Assembly (NCBI GenBank): GCA_002633005.1
Contig: NMRA01000009.1
Coordinates: 2,053,366 to 2,117,365, forward strand
DNA from: Phoronis australis
Lineage: Eukaryota > Animalia > Phoronida
Direction of reading: 5' to 3'
DNA length: 64,000 nucleotides
The position numbers and the translations under genes were made by a program. Positions 1 through 10,400 of the stretch are shown in pieces; within the stretch, counting starts at the first letter, position 1; every line of letters starts with the position of its first letter. The notes under the pieces are model-generated. The model searched no databases. It worked only from the letters and a program-made list of their open reading frames with translations, and had not been told where the DNA came from.

Positions 1-1080
1 AGTTACTTGACGCCGCAAATATTTACTTAACGCCGTAAATGAGAGTTTCAGCCGTAAATAATTAATTTACTCCGTAAAAAGGTAAAAAGGTAATCAAAGC
101 GGCAAATAACTCTTTTACGCTGCAACTAATTACTTTACGTCTCAAATAATTAGTTTACACCTCTAACAAGAATTAAATCACGTAATTTACGTGCGTAACA
201 TTCACCCATTTGGCCAACAATAAACGTCTTTCGGTTTTTCTCTGTCAGATATCTCTGAAAAATCGTGAGAGTTGGCGTTCTCTATCACTGATAAAAACAG
301 GGTGTCCCAAAATTGTACTGTACTCGCACATCGAATGACAAGATAACTGGATAAAATTTATGAAGAGGTGATCAAAAATAATTAAGTTTTCAAACCAAAA
401 TAAGCGCAAGATCAATTGCCTTTCCAATAGCGTTTGTGAATTTACGATAGCATACCGCCATATTCCAAAGGATTCTTTAGTTTGCTGTTGCCGTACATAG
501 GATAATCGTGACAGCTCACGCGCTTCTTTTCACAGCACTAAAGTGTAAATAAGCAATAGGTCCGGCCGCAGCGTCTGAACATAGAACTCAAGGAACGGAA
601 GCTAACTAAATTTGAATTCTCGACGTTGTACATTTTGGGACACCTGTATATCGTCACTCGAAATGCTACAGCGTAGTATATGTTTAAAAGTACGAACCTA
701 TCTGAAGGAAATGCAGATTGCTTGAACAATTCCTTAGATTCTCCATTTTATATCGCATGTTCAATGTACACCGATTTGTCAAGTCCGTATCAAAACATTT
801 TAGAAAAGAGGCACTTCCAGAAAGCGGGAGTGCTCTAAAATATAGCGGCAACCTTTCAGCGATATATTCACACTTAACAAAAGATTCGGCATCAGAAAGT
901 ATCAATTTTTTTCTATTCCGTTGTTCTTAATATGACGCAATCGGCAACAATAAGGCATCAATAAAATGTGATCCAAATAAACGTTGGAAAATAAATACTA
1001 CCTAATGTAATATTTATTTGTTCACATCACGCCCATCGTATTCCTTACTTGAATACGTAATTCAAATTTTAAGAGCTTCT
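1..1080. repeat. Paralogous copy of 13350-14260 (astacin upstream region, including the right half of a MITE)
   Basis: Colinear similarity seen by eye; both copies end at AAGAGCTTCT (1080 / 14260). Confidence 0.9.
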
Positions 1081-1235
1081 GGGGAAAATCCCGTGTTGAC
1101 TTTTCCAGCCAGCGTAAAGTAAAGACAAATACGAGGGACTGAGAGAAACTCCAATCTTAATAGTGCTAGAAGTAATTTATTAAGTTGATTCAACAGTAGT
1201 CAAACTTTTAATGTTTCAATTGAAATTAAAAATAA

Positions 1236-1498
1236 TTATACTTCATAGATTTCCACGTTATTTTTATCACCACAAGTTGAACTTCTTCCGGGACATCTCA
1301 TTTTACATTGAGAATCCGCCAGCCTCGGGTGACTATACGACGACCCGCAGAGACACGTGCTGGCGTTCTGCAATGCAGCGTATTTGAGTCCACGTTTACC
1401 ACAGTAACGTTTGCAGTATTCAGGCGACATGAGAGTTGCAGAGGTGACGGTTTGTGTGGATTTAAAGGACTTCAATCCGAAACATCCAACTCTTGCTC
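1236..1498 (-). CDS. Terminal exon: WSC domain
   Basis: ttcttag acceptor, phase 1; VGCF...MSPEYCKRYC...YAALQNASTCLCG...CKMRCPGRSSTCG...VEIYEV-stop. Confidence 0.85.
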
Positions 1499-4400
1499 CT
1501 AAGAAATTAAAAAGGAATACATCACTAAGCTAATTTGTATGAACAGATGAAGACATTTTTGTTGTGTTCACTTAAACACAAACAATGCTTACGTGTACAT
1601 GTATCAAAGCTTCCAAAAGAGGCGACATATATGTATACATAATACAAAACTGGACAAAAACATCAAGTGGCCTTAAAACTGTTCTCTTGCACTCCCATTT
1701 TAGATCGGAAACTAACATTTGAGTTAAACTGAAGCAGATATTTTAAAGAGCCACATCAACACACACTGTATTCAAAACCTTTAAATCAAGGGACACAATT
1801 GTGTTTACGGCCTAAAAGCGCATACTTCGGGTGTAATTTGTGGGCACGATAGAAATCTTAAACTTATTAACTGTAACTAAAGCTATAGACATCAAAACCT
1901 GTTGTGTCTTTGAGATTTTTTTACAAATCGCGGATTCCTAAGACTGTCAGTCGAAATCGAGGCGGCGATGACTGTTTGCTTGCGTTGGATGACCCCATCG
2001 GTAAATTTATAAGTTCGAGTTTGAACTCGAAATCTTTACTTTTTACTCGAATTAGTAGTTCACGTCCTTGGATCATCAAATGCGAAGTTGGCGTAAAACT
2101 TGTCATTACAGCTTTCAATATTTGTTTTCAATATATAATTACCACAGGTGGAGCATGACTTTTGACAATTGTATAACATGTATCGCGGGTTCTTTTCGCA
2201 TTCGGAGGGGTTCCACTTAGACCACTGAGGACAATTTGAATGTTTGTCCGCGCATCTGATAGTCTTGGCTGAAAGAAATGCATGCTTTAGTTTAAGAATA
2301 TTCAAGGATTTACAGAAATCACAAATATCTCTATCATTAAATAGTAAAGACAGAATCGTTAGATTGATGAAATTTTCAGCATATGCCAAAGTGTAACTTA
2401 TTCTCACGGTTTTACACAGCAGTTGTAAGAGTTAGTACTGTAAAGGGAGGTGTAAAAGGTTGATCAAACATAAGGGGAATGCTGGGAAATAAAATGGAAG
2501 CCATGTATAAACGAAGTTATTACACAGAAGGCAAAATACGAGAGGTTTTTTGCTCTAGCGACCAACAACTGCAGCGGGTGCTGATTTTTTCAAGAAGAGC
2601 GATTAAGGCAACAAGGACAAAGAAGACGAACAAAGGGAAGAACACAAGAAAGCACAACGGAAAATGACGACCAGTGGCGAAGAAAAAAGAAGCAGATAGG
2701 AGAAGAAGACATAGAAAAGGCAAATCCATGATATCTTCATTACTAAGGGCCTTTTTCTACTAACACATTTTTTTTGCACAAAACTTGCAAATTATAAGTG
2801 TGTGTGGGATTTTGCTTTAAATCCTTTTGTTGTGAGAGTTCGTGTGTCAATAGCCGAGGCTTCCGTTCTTCAACAAATTTTGGAAAGTCTTCCCTTTTGA
2901 CAGGAGAGTTCTCGGGGAAGAAAGCCTTAAAAGACGGTTGTATGTTTCGTGTAAAAATAAAGAAATCGAGTCTAAGGAGAATTCGTTCTTGCACATGCCT
3001 CTTTAGATTTGTTTCCGGCAACATTTTTAATATTATGATTCCGCGACGTGCAACAATTTTGAAAATATATTGGTTTATGGATTTTCCATCAATTTTTTTA
3101 AAATAAAAGTTACTTAAAAACTCAATCATTGGTAACGAACACAGTATGGTCTGAATTTATCTGTGTTACCGTTCGAAAAAGGCTTAAACTGGAAGTAACT
3201 ACGTCTTGTGAAAAATACAGTTTTAGAGTAACTGTACGGGAAAATTAGGGGAAAGGTGTCGTAGGAACACAATAGTCCAAGGAAACAATCTTGCACTAAC
3301 TCCAGAAATTCAGATTAAAGGGGAATTCTTGAAACAATGGTTTCCGCAGATAGCCAGACAGTCAAAAGGTTAAAGGCGAAGGCAACCTTTTTTTCATGTC
3401 ATTTTTAGCAAAAATTAGGTTCGTTGGTTATCCCAGACATATTTTCAACTTAATTACAGCTTTTCGTAATTTAACTAAATATTCGTTCTCTACTCCGGAA
3501 GTGACGTTCTGGGAGGCAAGCATTTCCCGCCAATTTCTTTTCATATAGTCTGTCTATGAGAGCTGTCGCGTCAGTCATTGATCTACCTCCGTTGTGATAA
3601 GCTCGGTCGTCGTTTGCTTTTGTTTACGAGTCAGTCAACTTTCCACACTGTTGCTGCTTACCGGGATGTACTCATTATGGCCCTGCTGCGATGTTGAGTA
3701 GTGGGAGTGAATACAGGTCCAGTCAGTGAAGAGTACAGTTCGTCGTTCAATGAACAGATCGGTGAGCCAAACTTTGATAAGTTTATTGTGGATTGTTTAA
3801 AGTATTGGAGCTATTTAGAAGGTGCCAGGTGTCTGGCGAAGGAGTCACACGCCGGGGTGTAAGCAGTTTGTGTGCTCAGGTCACTATCCAGTGGGAGTGT
3901 GTCGCGGTACACTCGGGCAAATGGGACAGTTGTTCCTCTGTCCGTGAGACAATAATGAGTACATCCCGGTACGCAGCCACAGTGTGGCATGTTGACTGAC
4001 TCGTAAACAATAGCAAACGACGACCGAACTTATCACAACCGAGATAGAACAATGACTGTCTCGGCAGCTCTCACAGTCAGACTATATGAAAAGAAATTGG
4101 CGCGAAATGCCTGCCTCCCAAAAACGTCACTTCCGGAGTAGAGAACGAATAATTAATTAAATTACAAAAAGCTGTAATTAAGTGGAAAATTTGTCTGAGA
4201 TAACCAACGAACCTTATTTTTGCTAAAAAGACATGAAAAAGGGTTGTCTTCGCCTTTAAGGATGACAAACATTGAAGCCATTACTGATTCACCACTATAC
4301 CTTTGCACACCCCGCATGCTTTTTGACACAAAACTAACATAAATCGAGGATTCTTTGTACATTCTGAGGGGTTGCGCCTCGCCCAACCTTCACAGCTACT

Positions 4401-7400
4401 GTGTTGATTGACACAGTCGGACGTGACTGGAAGAGACAAAACGTATGAAGGACAGAGGCAATTAGAATTACCAATAGTACATTGGGTATTAGTGCTTAGA
4501 CGTATTGATTGTCACCATCGTCGAATGTCTGCGCAAGCTCACTTCACTACCTTTGGCAACAGTGGACGCCGGTGGACCTTTCCAAAAAAGCCATGTTGGC
4601 CAACCAGGGTAGAGTTCAGTAAAGCTAGAATCTCGTTAGGATTTCGCTAGAAAGGCAAGTGTTCGGGAGATTCCGAGTGTATGTTCAGTGAGAGTGGGTG
4701 GGTTTGGCTAGATTTTTCTCGCTGCGAGACAGCTATTGAACTCTACCCAGGTTTCTCTATTCCTGCAGTCCATAAGTGGGGCAGCCCTGCCTGAAAAAAG
4801 TGGGGGGCTATAGGCCCCCCAGTCCCCCTTGTGTTGAACCTCCCAGAGAACATGGGTAGCGCAGCACTGAAAAAAATGTGCTATAGCCCTCCATCCCCCT
4901 ATGGCGCGCCGCCCATGGGCATGTCTCGTTTACGCTGGAAGTCGCGGTAGATATACCATCATCTGGACGCATAAAGATAATTCTGATAAGCTGATGGGAA
5001 TTTGGCCAAATGCAGAATAGTTGAAAACTTTGGAAAAAGAAAACGCTCCTCGTTCATTTAATGTCCCCACGTCTCAGATTTTATCGTTTTGTTCCGTGTT
5101 ACGTTGTAACTAGAGCGAGACTCAACTAACACCTATTCCTTCAAGTCATTGATGATTTTTTCCGCGAGCGGAATAGTCACATGGCTTGGACAATATGCAA
5201 GTGGGTTGAACAATTTTACCAGAAAAGAGACACCTATTAATCTGTTCAAATTCAAGGGGTGATCTGTTCCCATAAGATGACTGGCGCTCAACTTGCCTGA
5301 AACGCGTACTTAACATTGGGCCAAGTGGTTAAATCTGTCAGATTCTTGCATAAAAATGCGAAGAAAACACAACTTCGCCCGTGTACTTGTGTAAATCTAA
5401 ATCTTCTTATATTAAAAATCTGAAGAGCTTGGTCAGCCTCTCACTTCATACTCATGACATCCGAATGTTGGCTTTAGGCTGAAAATTGCTGATTTGGTGC
5501 ATTTTCTTTGTTTATTAAGTAGACGACTGCACTTGCGGTAGTCTTAAAAGTTGCCACTGGACGAACTGACTCGGGAATCGTTTAAAATGGACACTGGGTA
5601 ATTTTGAAGTCTTTGTGGCACTGTACAGGGTCTATTCACCCTGTGGAACAAAGAGGTGGAGATGCCTAAACTTGATTTACAGTTCCCAAACCTTACAAAA
5701 ACTGCTGAGTGAGGACTTTAGATACGAAGATTCCATGCACTATGACAATTATAACGACACAAAATTCCTGGCGTTTGAATTATGGTGAAATGATGACTAA
5801 GAGGATTTTCAGTGCACAAAGAAAACGTTTAAAAGACTATAATTCAAAAATATAGATCATTATTGACATCCAAAGTGAGATGTGTTACATTTATGAATTT
5901 AATTACGTTTTTAAAAGTACAGTAAAACATACATTGCTCTAAGGCAAACGCCGCTTTACCGGAAGCCAAGAGTTATCCATACATATATAACACAGATATA
6001 TATATATATATATCAACATGATTTCTAGAGCTGAGAACCAATATATAACAGCTGGGCATAGCTTGGGACCAGACTTAAGTCGGCTTAATCACGCTGATTA
6101 TTTTATCCGTCAGCCATGATCTGCAGCAAATGTCAAATCCTCCGTCCAAAGCAGAGAAATCATAATCACTGATATGCAAATCATGACGATGTTGTTTAAA
6201 TTGAAAGTTGTCTTGTCGGAAGGCGGATTTACCTGACCGTTGAATATTTTAAAAATTTACCTGGAGGAGCTTTGGTAACCACTGGTTTTTTAGTTGTTAA
6301 AACGGATTTAGTCGTTTGAAGTTGAGTTCCACCACAGTTATACATCGCACGGACTTTAGCCAAATCGGATGCAGTAAGATGACGTCTTTGTCCCAGTTGT
6401 GAAGGACTTGCGCCATTCTTAGGTGTAATGGTATACTGTCCATTTTTCGAGAAAGCCTTTGCGCCGTATTGCATGACACTGCTGATGTCATACTTCGTTC
6501 CATAGGTAAGCGACCCCTTGTGGACGTTGAAAGCAAACTTGTATTCTGCATAAAACGACATGGGAAGAGACATTCATTAACAGCAACTACTAAACCATAG
6601 AATAACAAACCTTAGAGTTACATTTGTGTGATTTCATATTATTCTCCCCTCCCTTACGTAGACAAAATGGCAGCTAACTGGCCTTTTATTTAACTCAAAG
6701 GCGGGCGCAAAATAACAGAGAGAGGCAAACTATTATGAAAATTTCCACCAGATACAACTTGTTGCGCAATTATTCACTGTGTTTTTGCTTGATACGCAAA
6801 TGAAAAATACGGCGAAAACTAATTTTCTATACAGCACGCCGCTGCGAGGTTAAACGTTTAAGAAGGTATAGCGGGCAAATAATTCTTCAGACAAGACACG
6901 TCTGTGTAGGTTAGTCACAACAGAGGTCGCAAACAGTTTTCATGTCACACTCGGGTTTTAGCAAACTCAATTGTTTCGCTCACTGTCTTGGATGTTGTCC
7001 CAGTGAATATTTATATATTGGTCTCTGTCCTCGCGTGCCATCTCGTGCCCAAATCCTAGAGCGTGCATGATTTCATGAAGAACAGTTCCAATTGCATTGA
7101 AGCATCCCTTCGCTAAGTTGATCGTCTGCCCTCCACCAGATTTTCCAACGTAGCTGTTGCATCTGATCGGTAGAAAACAATGTCGCAATAAGTTTACGTA
7201 GTATCTGCGGTTTAATCGGTATAGTTCAATATGGAATTGTAGTTTGCTGTCATTTTCACAATTACCACCTAGTCTATTATTAGCTACTTGAAGGACGCGG
7301 AAACAAATCAACGGACTCCAAATGCAAAGTGAGTCACCATCAAGAACTTAACATTCGTATCCATCATGATTAAGAATCTTTGAATCACAGAGCCATTTGC

Positions 7401-10400
7401 AATGACCGTTACTGTTAATGCACGTGTCAGTCGAAATTTCGACTGACTTACCCGCTGGCTGGAGTTTTGAAGATCACATAATCGCGCTCCTTGGTTCTCT
7501 CTACCAGTTTGATGCACGTGTTCTTATGGTAATAGTCAAAGGCTTGCTTGAGAACTGACCGACCACGGGAATCTATAGCAAAGGAATACAACCAATTCTA
7601 GGACATTGCATGTAGTCAGTACATAGTCCTCGTAAAACCATCTGGTACAAGACTATGGGAGTCCGCCCCGGCCATAAGGGCTTAGCTTCACTAACTGTCA
7701 CGTTCCTGAATGCAGCCAACACAGAAACCCGACTTACGTTAACTAGTAAGTACATATCTACCACCGTGACTAATAGTAGATCGTCGTTATCAATCGTATT
7801 TTATGTTCACCTTCTGATTCCCGCTTTCCGAATGATATTTTAAGTGAGTAGAACATTACCTACCAACACTGGAGTCGATGACGTAAGGCATGACCGCGTT
7901 TGGCCATCTTTTACTGGAAGAAGGGTGGCCGTTTCGCTTCTAGAAAACCAAGTTTTACAAAGACAAGTTGCAGCAAGTATAGCAGAAGATAGCTCCTTAG
8001 TTGCGGAAACGTTCAAATAACAATAATAAGCCACGCACGCTCAAATTCTAATCGCAAATTCCCGTGTTGCTTCAGCGCAGATCTTACTAGCATAGTTTAT
8101 TGAGTGCACTTAACTATAGTTGTTATTCACAACAAACTGTGTATGATTAATGTACTAAGTGACTTGTTTCATACAAATTTGAGTAAAAGCACACCAAAGG
8201 TTTCTCTTAGTAATTTTAAAGAGTAATAGGCAACACATCAAATGTAGTAACTCGACACAGGTTTGAATAATGCATCGAAAGGGAAACAACTTACATCAAG
8301 AACTCTTAAAAGTATACTGAACCCTGTTTTGTCCAATAGTACCGTTAGATATGTGTCAACCGATAAAACAAAGTTATAAGCCGTTACTTCGACAAGAGTT
8401 TAACGTTTGGATTATGTTTTTAAAAAATGTTAAAGCCTGCTATACGGGGAAGAGTGCCTATCGCCTGAGACGAGGTGCTCGACGGCTGTGAGGCAACCTC
8501 TTGCCTCAAATTATTGACGAGATACCCGGAAGCGTGTGTGGAACCGCTCAACAGGGTTTAGTATTCTTTGTGACTACATGGTGTGTGGTTAAGCTTACAT
8601 TTGGAAGTATGATGTCACCTTCAAATAAATCTGGAAAAAATGGAAATATCAGTTATAGGATTCAACTTCTATGACAAAATACCAAAATCAGTATTGAAAA
8701 CAAGACTAATATCTGGCTTGAATGAACTGATTTCGCAATGTCACTTATTCCTGTAAGGGAGATTCTAAATATTGTTTATTGCAATTGTAGATACGACGTG
8801 TTATACGTCATTTTGATGTGATGAATTTACGTATCTACTGAGAAAAGTACGACACAGTGGATGCGTCAAGGATATGGACCCTCATAAAGTGGCGCACAAT
8901 TCGTGCCTGCTGTCAGAAATGAGTTTTGATTTAGGCCACTTTTCGGTATAAAATCAGTTTCGATTTGTTCCAAATTGGAGATTATTTCAGAGCTTTGGAA
9001 TAATAACCAATTCGAAAGTACTTTTGCATGCAATTCTCATAAAATTTCAGGTCACAGAATGAACTGAAATTTTATGTGCTTGATTTGAAAAAATAGTGAC
9101 AAACTGCCAGTCAGGTCTCTAGCCCAGAGATTACTTCTGTAATGAGTACGGAACAAGAGAACGTAACATATACAACTTTAAGTGGACTAAATCAGTTTTA
9201 GCGTCCACAATAAGTTTCTCTGTTAAAAACGTATTAATTGTAATTACATTAATTCATCAATTTCACATTATTGACTTCCAACGTTAATAAAGAAAACATG
9301 TCATACGTTTGCACTATTCATAATGACTATACAACAGGTAAAGTTGGCTGATCTATTTTTATTTTCATTACCTCCATATTCCCCGGGGTCTGCTTCTTCA
9401 GTGCTTCCAACTGAAATCACACAAGCTTTATGTTATTCCCGGAAACCAAGACATTGGTTTATGCGAATCAGTCTTTACACATTCATGTAGAAACTCACTT
9501 CTGCCATAACTTATTGATCCAGTGTACAATTAAACCGCACAGCACAAAATATTTTGACTGAGTTCTCATTTTTTTACCCATTTGCATGCCTATAGTTAGC
9601 AATAGCAGGTGGAGGGACTGTCTTGATACGAGTTCGACAACAAGCAGCTTCAATGGAGGCGCAATCTGTTGATGACGTCATTTTCCTCATGACTGATGAC
9701 ACTGACATTGTCACTAGCAGAGACCATAAGTAATTACTTTGCAATCGATGCAGATTAACAAAATAAGGCAAAATGGACCTACCGTTTTCTGTCAAAGTGT
9801 CCACCTGAAAAAAAAGTTTCATGTACATGTATATATCATATAGCTGTCCTTTAACCCATTCTTTTGCCACTGGACATACAAACTAGAACTGTGATAGAGC
9901 TTGGAGCTTCAGTATTGTAGTATGCACTGCGAAGGTAAGTAACTGACTGTTTTTCTCACCTTTTATCACACATTTGTACTGACTATGATCCTGATGATGA
10001 TACATAGAGTAATATCGAAACGTCCGATGAAATACAACGTCTTGTTTTTACTATTTTACTGCACAAAGACAACATTCTCGGTGGTTTTATAACAATGAAT
10101 AAATTGAAAAGGCCGGTATTGTATCCTCGCAAAGAATTTCAAAATTATTACTTCTTTTGAAGATCATTAGTACAAATGCGTATGAAGAGGCACCCTAATG
10201 AAGTGAACTTTGACCTTCGGCGTCATCTTCACTCTTAGAAACGATGTTCTGTCTGCTCATGCCGAGGTGATTCTGTTTGTCCTCACATTTCTGCGGATAT
10301 CGCAGCACACGGTATGGATTTTACGTTATGTTTATACCCAGTAACGAAAGGTTTTGGCAGTGAATCTTTTTGGAACCCAAATAAAGTGAAGTTCCCAAAA

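Noticed and set aside
9577-9617. Candidate extra astacin exon (VPPPAIANYRHANG)
   Set aside because: Weak acceptor, and its phase-2 end is incompatible with the next exon.
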